From Leidyana gryllorum EB-2025a (Eukaryota > Protista > Apicomplexa), in assembly GCA_048772705.1 (NCBI GenBank), contig JBLWGC010000033.1:1-64000 (forward strand): a stretch of DNA of 64,000 nt, read 5' to 3'. The translations under genes and the position numbers were made by a program. How positions within the stretch are numbered: the first letter of the stretch is position 1; every line of letters starts with the position of its first letter. Of this stretch, positions 23,701-33,953 are shown one piece after another. The notes below the pieces were generated by a model, which searched no databases, was not told where the DNA came from, and worked only from the letters and a program-made list of their open reading frames with translations.

Positions 23701-25952
23701 ACATCAAGGATTCCAACGCCTGCGAGCGTGGTGGACCAACCCCGAGTCCCCCTCCACACACTCCGAAGCCCTCCAAACATACAGCAGACTCAGCTTTGAG
23801 GCCGGCAGACGCAAACTTCAGGCGGTCGTCTATGCACTCGTCTTCTGTAACCACCTCCAGATGCTCAATCGCAAGAATCGTCTGCTCGCACTCCGCAAGG
23901 GATTCTCCAATCCGACCTTCATGGAGGTGAGCTGCCCATCTTTGCGCCCATCTTTGCCCTCTCAGGCCCGCTTACTCCTCGCTCTCCGTTACCTTCGACG
24001 CTTCGACACTTTTCTTCGCTCCCTCATTCGTTGGCGCCGTCGACTCAGCACTCGTCAAGTGCTCCTCGCCTGGAGAGCCCACACCTCCTTCAACACCACC
24101 ACCAACAGTGGTGGTAACAGGGAACCCGAAGACGAGGACGAGACTCACTCTTCCGTCCGTTCAGAGACGCTCAGCAGCATCGCTAGAGAGCCTTTGGAGG
24201 GCGACGAAGGGGGCGCCCTCAACGTCGCCAACGTGCAGGAAATCGATGAAGAAGAACCCATCTTCGGCAATGACACTTCCACAGAGGAACATTTGGCCAA
24301 TTTCTCCTTCACAGACGCTCCTCAGCACCCTCACCCCACACGCGTCACTATGAACAGAGAGTTTTCTCCACGTGGTACAATATTGAGTACTCCCGACAAT
24401 CTATCAGTAAGCTGTACTGTCAGTGACGAGAACCGAGACGGAGATCAAACTCGCGTCTATCGACACAAAGATCGCAACGGCTCCCACATACGAGGCATCT
24501 ACACCTTAGCCTTACCTCGAGATGCCGAAGATCGTCTGAAACGAGAATTCATATTGGTGCATATGAACAATCGCTGCTGGGCCATCGTCATGCAGACCAT
24601 AACGCAATGCGTTCAGACCGGCCGTTCCTCTCCACTCTCGCGCGATCCCGAAATCATAAACATACGTGATGTCGACCTCGACTTCCTAGAACGCCAGCGT
24701 TGGCAACCAGTCGAGCATACCTTCGGAGTTGCCAACAGCGCGCCTTTCTGGCAACAGATCGATGTCGAGACAATGTGCTCTAACGCCGATCGGACAGTGG
24801 TGATCATCGTAGATCAACACGGCAATGTATTCGAGATCAAGTGGAGATCCGATCACCGTGGCTACAAACAGAATTGGGTCGGATCTATTGGGCTGCCAAC
24901 ACACTCGTACTCTCGCTCACATTCCGATCAATTATGGCGAATAGATCGGAGTCAACTATTGTTAGAGACCTCCCGCTTCTATCTGTTGTGTCTACTGATC
25001 CTCGAAGGCCCCACGCTGTTGGTAGTTCTAGTCGAGCGTATCACACATCAGGCCCACATAACGCAACAATTCGCAGTGTCACTGGATCATAATCATGGAA
25101 ACCGTCCTTGTACCCCACGTTCCACTATGCTGTGGGACTGGGATGCTAAACTCATGACATTGATCATTGACGGAGAATTCCACATGTATAGTCTCCATAT
25201 GCAGTGCGGAACGTGGGCCTTGTTGCCAATGCCCCCTCTGGCGCTGATCGATCCTGGGAATGTGCTCAGTCAGGATTTCGTGGACGGCGCTATGATTGAT
25301 GATTCAGTCCTCCTGCTGTCCCGCACCGGAAGCGTTGTGCACATGTCGTGTGAAAAGGACGCGGCCTACGAACCTCCGCAGAGTGCCTTCGGACCGCGGC
25401 CCATCAACCTGAAGTTCCCATGCATCCAGGTCAAACTCCTGCGGGACTTGAAGACCGTTCCCAAAGTCAAAGACAAAGGTGAGCTGTCAACCCTATCTGC
25501 GGGCGGACGGGTACACACGCGTGTGCGTGTGTCTGTGTCTCGTGTTTTACGGGATGGTGGCTTTCTATCTGTCGTTGTGCGGTTTTTTCTGCCCATGGTG
25601 TCTTGTGCAAATGGTGTCTTGATCTGCAGAGTGGAGCAGCGTGGCAGTTCGGCATTGCGAGATGGAAGATCCGCAGATGATGTGCATATTGGCTAGTTGG
25701 TGGGGTGACATTGTATACATATCGTTGGAGGGGGAGTTGAAGAAAGGGTTCAGGTTGCGAACGTCTGACGGGTTGCCTACGCGGTTGCAGGCGTGGGGGA
25801 ACACAAATTCGGTGAAGCATCTGACGATATTTGCTAACGAGTTGGACTGGGCTATCTTATTCCTGGACATGGAGGTGGAGGCTGTTGTGGCGATGATGAG
25901 GTTACCAGGGAGTCCTCCGACGTCTAGGGTAGTTGGCCGTTATCGATGTTAA
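20789..25952 (+). CDS. Divergent myosin: SH3-like N-terminus, motor domain, beta-rich (propeller-like) tail
   Basis: VWIRDP N-terminus, LRNLELRY, P-loop GDAGAGKT, ESFGNAATKRNANSSRYG, LLDIFGFE, NERIQQLF, YIRCLRPN and YRVGRTRLF. About 10-12 GT-AG introns, with phases checked for most. Confidence 0.9.
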
Positions 25953-26122
25953 AGTTATACATATATATCTAGTTAGGCTATAGATTTGAGATTGATTGTT
26001 TGTCTGTTCGGGGAACGACCAGTTTGATAGATTAGCAGGTGTGGTGATCATCTTTATCGCACACTGGTTGGTGCGGTGGTCTTTGCTGAGTGGTTGTTGT
26101 TTCGGGTGACTGTGAGAGAGTA

Positions 26123-29100
26123 ATGGAGTCTGCGCCTCCACGGATAGAGGTGGTTCACCCTCCGCGTGTGAACGTGGATGGGGTTGAGTCCCCATTAGCG
26201 TCTGGTTCTACGGCAGCATTCGACATACTGGAGACGTTGGGAGGCGCTCGAAGGTTTGTGATCCGTCACGCGTTGTTGGTGACTAGTTTACTTTGGTTTC
26301 TGAGTGGTGCTCAGATATCGTTATCTCTGTTTGTGACACAAGAGCCTCCCCGATTTCCAGTATGCCGTCCGGGCGACACCAGTTGTCGTCCGAGCATTGC
26401 GCTGGACGTCAAGGACTGCACGACACCATACCACTACATGCGGCCTGGGATTTCGATAGTGTCAACGTTCGACTTGCCTACCAGCGGTTGTGAGCCTCGT
26501 CCATGGATGAATGTGTCTTGGATTCACTCTGCTCTGTTTTTGGGAATGCTGATTGGAGCTTTGACCATTGCTCCGATGTCAGATCGGAAGGGTCGTCGAC
26601 CAGTGATGACAATGGGCGTCATTGGTTTGGTGGTGGCGGCAATCTATTCAACTATGGCTCATACCATCTATTTCTACGGTTTGGCTCGATTCTTCGTGGG
26701 ATGTTCGCTGAGTGCCGTCTGTTTGCCGTCAATGGCTATTCTCTCAGAGGTCACTCTAAGTCGGAAACGTCAGTGGATCGTGGCTGTTCAGGCAGTGTCC
26801 TTTGCTATCGCTGCCGGCTATGTCGCTCTGCTCGCCTGCGTGATTCCCAGTTGGCGGCTGCTCACCATTCTGGTCACAATGCCCGCCTTCTTCTTTGTCT
26901 GCGGTTTCCCGTGCTGTGGCGGTGTCTACATCGAGTCCCCTCGTTGGCTCGCGGCCAAAGGACGGATGGAAGACGCTTTCGGGACGTGGCTTCGGATAGC
27001 TCGGATCAGCAGAGTGGAGCTTCCGGAACAATTGAATCTCGATCTATTTGTCAAAAATGAGCTCCAAGCGATCCACGAACGGCTCATTAGATCTGACAGT
27101 GATCTGGAAGAAGAGCTCTCCATGATGTCAGTCAAACAGATGGTGACGCCCGACACTCTATCCAAAGCGTTCCGCACTTTCCCAGCCTCAATCTGGATAT
27201 GGACTTCAATTTGGATATGGATCGTCACCGCTTTTGTTTACTATGGCGTCCTCCTCGACTTTGGGGACCTCATCGCCTCTTTACGGATGGAAGGGTGGGA
27301 ATCTGCGCTCCTCCACCCCGCAGCAGCCAACAATCCTCACGCAACGCTGGGCGGGTCCAACGCGCCCATCCTCTTAGCTGAACGCCCGCACAATGATACC
27401 GACGGACCCGTTCAGGCACCGACTGCGCACTCCGTTCAGCCGCCCAACCTCAACGCTGGCGGCAGCGAACATTTGGGAGACGACCACCCGCCGCTCCTCC
27501 GTCAACTGCTCGACATGGACACTCTCACCACTGTCGCCAAGATACTGACCCGGGCTCCTGAACACGAACTTCTCGAACCTCAGCAGCGGGAGGGAGACCC
27601 CATCGTCCCGGCTCTGTCCATTGGCAAACCGCCGCTCGGCAGTCTCCAATCTCCGATCGCCCCCCCGAAAGCAATGTTCGACGATGCCGCCAACGAACGC
27701 GTCAAAGACACCCAGAACGCGAGGGACGAAAATCACTCGAACGCCCCCCACTCTGACGACAATAGCCACGCGGCCGACGCTCACAACGACGCTGATGACG
27801 ACGAAGGAGGAGGAGCGGGAGATCGGAGGGACGACGCACCAGCGACAAAGGCAGCCGCCGCCTCTCCGGCACTCCCCAGCACAAGTCACATGGCCGCGCT
27901 CGCGGGAGGTAAAGATCTGCAACAGGCCGCCGGGGTGGCAGACGAAGACAGAGTGATCCCAGCGTCCGGGCACTCCAGTGCGGGAGGACGACTGTCTCCA
28001 ATCACCTCAATTCTCGACCGCGAACGCGCAGCGGCCTATCTGCAGTACCTTAGCGACGTCGGCAGCTATGTGAAAAATAGCTCCGTCAGCCTATATGAGT
28101 CTGCCAAACACATTCCGCACGAAGCGGAACGACTGTATGACGAAATGGCAATGCAGAAACGTCTTGATGACTTCTACTCTGACGTTTCTGCCCAATTCAC
28201 TCCCGATGATCCTATGGCTCCCTATTGGCAAAAGATGAGAATTGAAGGACTCTTAGTACTCGTTTCCTTCGCCCTCGAGATACCCGCTTATGCCATCGCT
28301 ATGTTTATGGCCGGAATCCCACGAATTGGCAGGAAAGCCACCACTATCTCTCTGCTCACCCTGGGTGGGATCTCTATCACCCTGGCCTATGCCGTCCAAT
28401 TCACCAACCTCTCCGGAGTGCAACTCTCAGTAAGTCCTCCGGCGCAGCCGCTCAGTCCAAATGCCCCATCAGGCTGCGACACTGGGCTTAGTGGTCGCCG
28501 GCAGGTGCTGCATCGCAGCAGTATTTCAATTATTGTACCTATATTCAGCCGAACTCTTCCCCACCAGCATCAGGGGCAGTACTCTGGGTCTCTTCAGCGC
28601 TTCTGCCCGCGTCGGCTGCATAGTTGCCGCACCCTTAGCTACTTATCTGGACGGCCTCCATAACGGATTAGCCCTATGTTTCTTCGGAGTACTCTGTCTC
28701 GCCGCCGGTAAGTGGGGAACTTTTGAGGGGAGTTCCAAGGAAAATTTACCGCAGCTCTGTCGGGGGTGAATGCGCTGCCCGAGACACTCAATCAGCCGTT
28801 GTACGACACACTCGACACCTTAGAAGACATTTATGCTCGATCGCGGTTCGCCGACAAATTCTTCAACTCGTATGGAGTGCGGTGCTGCGCGTTCCTTGGC
28901 CGCGGAACTTGCTGCTTGGGTCGATTGTTCTCTCGATGCCTCGGCCTGCCAAGTGACATGGAACCGTCCTCATTTGAAGCTAAAGGCCACGCGTGGCTCA
29001 AAAAGCAGTGGAAGAAGTCACGAGGAGCAGACAACCATCTGATCACGAACAACAAACGCCCAGAGTCCGAAAGAAGTCATTTTGTCCCCATCGCAGATGA

Positions 29101-29212
29101 TGGGAAAGATCCAGCTCCCCTCGCCTCTGCCTCTACAGTGAGAACCTTCGAATTAGGAGAACTGGACGAAAGTTATGATGAAGACTCGCAGCGCCCGAGA
29201 TACGATGTTTGA
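26123..29212 (+). CDS. MFS transporter, organic-cation/sugar-porter-like, with a very large loop insertion
   Basis: SDRKGRR motif A, ESPRWL, GRKA, YLYSAELFPTSIRG and LPETL motifs. Two introns near 28430 and 28708. Confidence 0.9.
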
Positions 29213-30089
29213 CGACCGTCACTACCAGGAGGTAGACGACGTGGATCATGGCTGCTTGCGGATACGGTTGTTGGCGGAACCGAGACGGGGAGGCCCTTTC
29301 TTCTAACCAATTAATTGCCACCTCCATCGAATCAAAAAGGAAGAGGTTCTGCGTCTGTGTGGTACTTGTTGGTAGACGAATATGTGTATGCCTGCCTATC
29401 TAGCTATGTATTAGTGTCCTAATCGTCGTCAAGCGGGCTCTCAACGACACTCGACTCTGTCTGTTTCAGCCTCCGACTCCATTTCCACACCCTCCTCCAC
29501 GCGACACAGAAACAAGAGGCGCATTGCCTCTTGTAGCAACAATTGGGCAAACAGCGGTCTCAAAGGGAAGGGATCTGCCCTGAGCTGCCACACCCACCAG
29601 GTCGGTGGCGGCTGGGTAAACTGAAGACAGCTGGTCCCCGAGAACGCGCTCTGCGAATGACAGGTGAAATGATTCTAACTTAGCCTTAAGACTATGGAAT
29701 CAGTTACTTAAGCTCTCCTTTGAAGGACTTCTTTGCTTGCTAATCTCCCCTTTCAAGACTCATCTCCAGGGATACTCTTTGCGGAGAAGAGTCCCAAGAC
29801 GTCAAGTATCGCGGAAGCGTATCCGCTCGATGGCGACCCCAATTCATCGCCATCCAAGCAGTCGAACGCGAAGAGATCTGAAGGAGACATTGAGACCCTT
29901 CTCATTTGTGAAATTCCTTTATTTCTCGTCTGTGATCAATACGTCGGTTGTGTAACTAACCCGTGGCCAAAGTATTCCCTCCTTGGGTTGTAGAATGGGT
30001 CTTATTCGTTTGTGGATGTCTCACAAAGACCAAACTTGACCACCCCGCGAAGTCAGCCCACTTCCGACGCCGCTTCTAAGCCCACCTAA

Positions 30090-30166
30090 GCGCGTCTGTA
30101 CACACACACGTGTGGGCGCGTCTGTACACACACACGTGTGGGCGCGTCTGTACACACACACGTGTG
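30090..30166. repeat. 26-bp tandem repeat x3 (GCGCGTCTGTACACACACACGTGTGG)
   Basis: Directly visible. Each unit contains the palindrome CACACGTGTG. Confidence 0.95.
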
Positions 30167-30258
30167 TGCAGTCCATTCATTTGGCATATGCCGTTCATTG
30201 AGTACAGTTTCCTAACGTTCACGAGTGTGGAGGCCATCAAATCCGATGGTCACTATGT

Positions 30259-30294
30259 GTTGTGACACTAAGGGTTGTGACACTAAGGGTTGTG
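30259..30294. repeat. 15-bp tandem repeat x2.4 (GTTGTGACACTAAGG)
   Basis: Directly visible. Confidence 0.9.
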
Positions 30295-31189
30295 GCGACC
30301 CATGCGCCCGACGAGGTCGTCTCACGGAGGAAACGGGAGTGGGAACAGTGATGCTTACACCACACATCCGAACAATTGGCAGATCAACTGTTACAATATT
30401 TGGCCATTTCAGATCTTGTGAAAGTTGGCACGGCACGCTCTCGAGAACGAGGCAGATCTTGCGAACGGCACCGATCCAGGAGATCTAGGCAATACCTCGT
30501 GCATGGCGACTTAAGTCACTGTCAGTTACGAGATGTCTCCGAGGGTCTGCACGGAGGGCACGGCTGCTCTGTGGACAATGGCATTGGAACATTCTTCGGT
30601 CATTTAGACCCAACAAGAGGGGGTGACGACATCCGCAGTGAGTGACAAATGCTTTGTCCCTGATTCCAACGACTGTTCACTCACTGGACCCGTTTGCTGG
30701 ACCGCGCCCTCAATACACCCAGTGTTACATCCCTGTTATGTCGCAATCTGAGGTGGTAAGTGTGATTACAATTCCCGTTGGCCAAGAGTGACAATTGGCC
30801 CGACTCGGCAATTTTGTAAATCGTGCGGATGATCGCTCCAACGGTTCAGTGGACGCTGATTGTACGGCAAGCCACGCTACGCTGACCGAGTTGGCTCATA
30901 ATTCATCGGTCTGTTTAGTTGATCAGTGCACATTACATTAGATAGTAATGAGACACCTTCTGTCCCGCTACCTTTTCCAGGCACGGGAAGCTTAGACGCC
31001 ACCCAAATGTACCTCATACTCATAATTAGCCCCAGACTCGAAGGTTCATTGATATGACAACCGCGTACCACACAGACTGTCCACCTCTTTTTTCATCGTC
31101 GCCCGAGTCAACCGTCCCTCAACATGAAGCTGTCGCATCTTGCGGATCGACCGATCTCACTCAATCTGCTAAAATTAGTCTCGAATGTC

Positions 31190-31350
31190 GGCGTCGAGTC
31201 GAGCCCCGTCCGCCCTCTCAGAAAGTCTCAGGTGGGAGAACCACAATATGTGTGACCCTCCCGGGGGACTTACATTCACCAGAGTGCAGTGGTTGCTCCT
31301 CCCCCTGCGCATCGCTTCTTGAGCCAGACACTGCAACCCGCAGGTAAGTT
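31190..31350 (-). ncRNA. U1: U1 spliceosomal snRNA
   Basis: 5' AACUUACCUG; helix H CGGGU/ACCUG; SL I loop GCUCAAGAAG (70K site); SL II GGGGGA..ACCA-CUGCACUC-UGGU..UCCCCC (U1A site); SL III GGAGGGUCACA/UGUGGUUCUCC; Sm-like GACUUUCUGAG; GC-rich SL IV. Length about 160 nt. Confidence 0.92.
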
Positions 31351-31717
31351 GAGTTTTCTTCCAAGTTTTGTTGAAGATATCAGTCCCGTCTCGTCTCCCC
31401 CTCGACCGACGCCCACCCGCATAAAAGTCAACGAGTTGAGAATTGATGTTTTGAACTCTTCGTTCCGGATGCTGATCCTACTAAGCCTATCGCAGGGTCT
31501 GTTTTTGATCCATCTAGTATTGAGCGCATTTCAGAATCATTAGGAGTGTTGTTCATGTTTTTAGTTCAGTCCACGTAATAATAAAAAGAAATGTAAGCAC
31601 ACGTGTGTGTCTATTCTGTGTCTCCGCTCGATTGATCTAGGAATAATAACCATGTAAAAATATTGCTAATTTGCCTAACTGAGGCATGACTATTGGAATA
31701 AGGGGGTAGCTAGCCGC

Positions 31718-31998
31718 AAAAACAAAGTCAGATCTATTAGGCGCGGTCCGGGCTTGACTGACCAAATTGATGAAAGAAGAAGTTCCAACTGGTTCTCCCC
31801 CACGCTGTCCGAAGTGTGTGGCTGACCCGCTCTGTTCCCAGCCTGGTGTGACCACACGGGTGTCTCTCGACTGTGGACACCTTCCGGTGCGCACCCTCCA
31901 GAGTCTCCAGCCCACCCTGAGGGACCTGTTGATCTGCTTCAGTGTGTTAGTATCGCCTCCCAACCGGGTCACAGTGGGAAGTTATCCCACCAGGCGAC
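31718..31998 (-). ncRNA. Signal recognition particle RNA (7SL)
   Basis: Alu domain UCGCCU..GUGGGA/UCCCAC-UGUGA-CCC..GGG-AGGCGA; helix 5 pairings AGAUC/GAUCU, GGUCC/GGACC and GGGCU/AGCCC; helix 6 GCACC-GGAA-GGUGU; helix 8 CCAGGCUG-GGAA-CAGAGCGGG. Ends in a T5 Pol III terminator. Length about 280 nt. Confidence 0.88.
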
Positions 31999-32047
31999 GA
32001 TTAGTCCAACACTGATCAGCGGTGGGCCGACATCACTTCAGATCATT

Positions 32048-32077
32048 GGTTGGGTCGACCAAGTCGATTACCCATCC
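32048..32077. promoter_or_regulatory. Putative back-to-back snRNA upstream sequence elements (USE/PSE) for SRP and U5
   Basis: Dyad GGTTGGG-TCGAC-caa-GTCGA-tta-CCCATCC. Each CCCAWCC half lies about 50-60 nt upstream of its inferred start. Confidence 0.5.
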
Positions 32078-32130
32078 GTTACATCCAGTACACACGCCGT
32101 CTCCGGCGGCTGGCGGGTCTCAGCTCCAAA

Positions 32131-32237
32131 ATTGGTGTGGAGAGTGCCTCAACGCTTATCACCCTCTCGCCTTTTACTAGATGGTGCAGTGAGGCGCTCG
32201 CTTTAACGCTTCAACTTTCTTGAGGACCTCTGGTCTG
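32131..32237 (+). ncRNA. U5: U5 spliceosomal snRNA
   Basis: Invariant loop 1 CGCCUUUUACU (32168-32178) closed by CACC-C-UCU/AGA-U-GGUG. Lower stems GAGUGCCUCA/UGAGGCGCUC and GGUGU/ACGCU. Sm-like AACUUUCUUG (32213-32222), then 3' hairpin GGACC/GGUCU. Confidence 0.92.
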
Positions 32238-32999
32238 ACGTTGGATTCATTCGTGTGGGCGGAGCTATGTGCGAAGACGAGCACCATTTTGGAATGTTGA
32301 CTCGTACGTAAACTTGTTCATGAGGCTGATTGGTTATGATTGTGGATCTACGATGATTTGAGTGCTTGTCGAGATGGAGCCAGTGTGAGGGACGGAGCCC
32401 TCACCTTCCAGAGGCCCAAGGGTTGGGCAAAATAAATTTCCTCCGGCAGCGCTGTGAGGAATTGGAGTGACTCGGAGGGTTTGGAGATCGCCTGACGCAA
32501 TGCTGAGTTATTATGCAATCCCTGCATTCGGTCCCGCGGTTGTGTTAGCAAAAGGGTAGACTGGTGACGTTAAGTTGTATTGAGGTGCCATGACTTGCGG
32601 GAGAGCATTATGCAACCCATCATTCCGGTTATTTGGCGAGTACGACTTGTGAAGTCTGTGGGAACATAATCGGCGGAAGGATCTACGTGATCTGAATGAG
32701 GTCATTGGATACGTTCTGTCCGGCACTGCAACGATCGGAGTACGGGAAGCTCTAACCCTATCTCTGCGAATGTCGACATAGCGCCAGACGCCGATCCTTC
32801 CCGTTCCACTCCCACCCATTCACCGCACTTGAGACACATTGGCAGAAAATGATGCCGCCTCAATTTTCCCCTCCAACTCTTCGTATCTCGAGCCCGAGAA
32901 GATAATTTCGTCACTCAGTCGATGAATACGTTGACGGCAATGCCGGACTCTGTGGCGAGTGCCTTGATGTCTGGTCGACACGATATATCGCTTTCGACG

Positions 33000-33870
33000 G
33001 GCAACTATGAAACACAACGATTTTCCGGCGCAGCTGGACATGAGCAAACAACTGCTTCGTATCGAAGGTAAAATCAGGGAACGTTCACTCGTCGACGACG
33101 ATGCGGCTGAAGAGCGCATTCCAATGCTCAGTAATCGGCGATCGACATCAACACAAAGTAACAACAAAGATCTCAACTCCGTCACCAAGAGTGACTACAA
33201 TTCCACAAGACTGGACCGATGCTTGAAGCGGGAGTCATAGAGCGCGATGAAGATCCCGCGGCCAACATCCAAGTCATAGCTTCTCGATTGGGGAGGCCAT
33301 CGATCGATTCTTGGGAGACAGAGGAACATAGCTTGGCGCCTCTGAGGACCCCTGCGAGCTGCAGCGCATGGGATGGAAATAATGAGAGTCTCACTCATCA
33401 AACGTCTTGTCTCACACAACGTGGAGGCTTCCAGCGACCTCGACTTGTGCGAACCACAGGAGGAGCGTCAATTCACGGATTCTCAAACTCCGTTGTTCAG
33501 AGATGCAGTGGACATATGGGGACGACAAGAGCTTGGGAGACTGATCGGCACAGCCTGTGGGAAGCAGCCCATATTCTCGCCGGCGGGGGGCTGGCAACCG
33601 ACAGTTGCACCAACTTTGAAGACACCGTGCCGAGTCCGAGGGGATTCCCGAATCGCGGAGACGCCACTCACGGGCCCGCAATACAGCCACGAATAATACA
33701 GACGGTGTTTGTTTTGACAAAGGAGGATCGGAAGGACATAATGACGCGAATGCGAAAACTTTAAAGCTCATTGGAGGTGTGCTCTAACCGTGCGCAAGCG
33801 AAGTGGTGCTGTGACCCGCAATATTACAGATGCACGACACTGTCTTAAATGCGAGTGCTCTTGTTGCCCA
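33000..33870 (+). pseudogene. Highly decayed Ty3/Gypsy pol-like relic
   Basis: Scattered fragments in different frames: KDLNSVTKSDY, MLEAGVIER and HQTSCLTQRGGFQ (RT-like), plus AHW..TVRK..D..HCLKC (integrase Zn-finger-like). No YxDD motif seen. Confidence 0.35.
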
Positions 33871-33953
33871 GCAGCGATCTAGTCAAAGATTCTTCCATTG
33901 AGTGACACTTACGGGTGGACCCAAACACTCGAGACTCATCCCTCCTGTCCCAC

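Noticed and set aside
30090-30294. CRISPR-like array
   Set aside because: Direct tandem repeats with no unique spacers, in a eukaryotic context with no cas genes.
30200-31100. Integrase/RT-like scraps (TPHIRTIG, QYLVHGD, FIDMTTAYH)
   Set aside because: Too short and disordered to support a call without a database search.
32284-32292. CCATTTTGG resembling the dinoflagellate/Perkinsus spliced leader
   Set aside because: Only a 9-nt match, with no flanking identity and no GT donor at the expected position.
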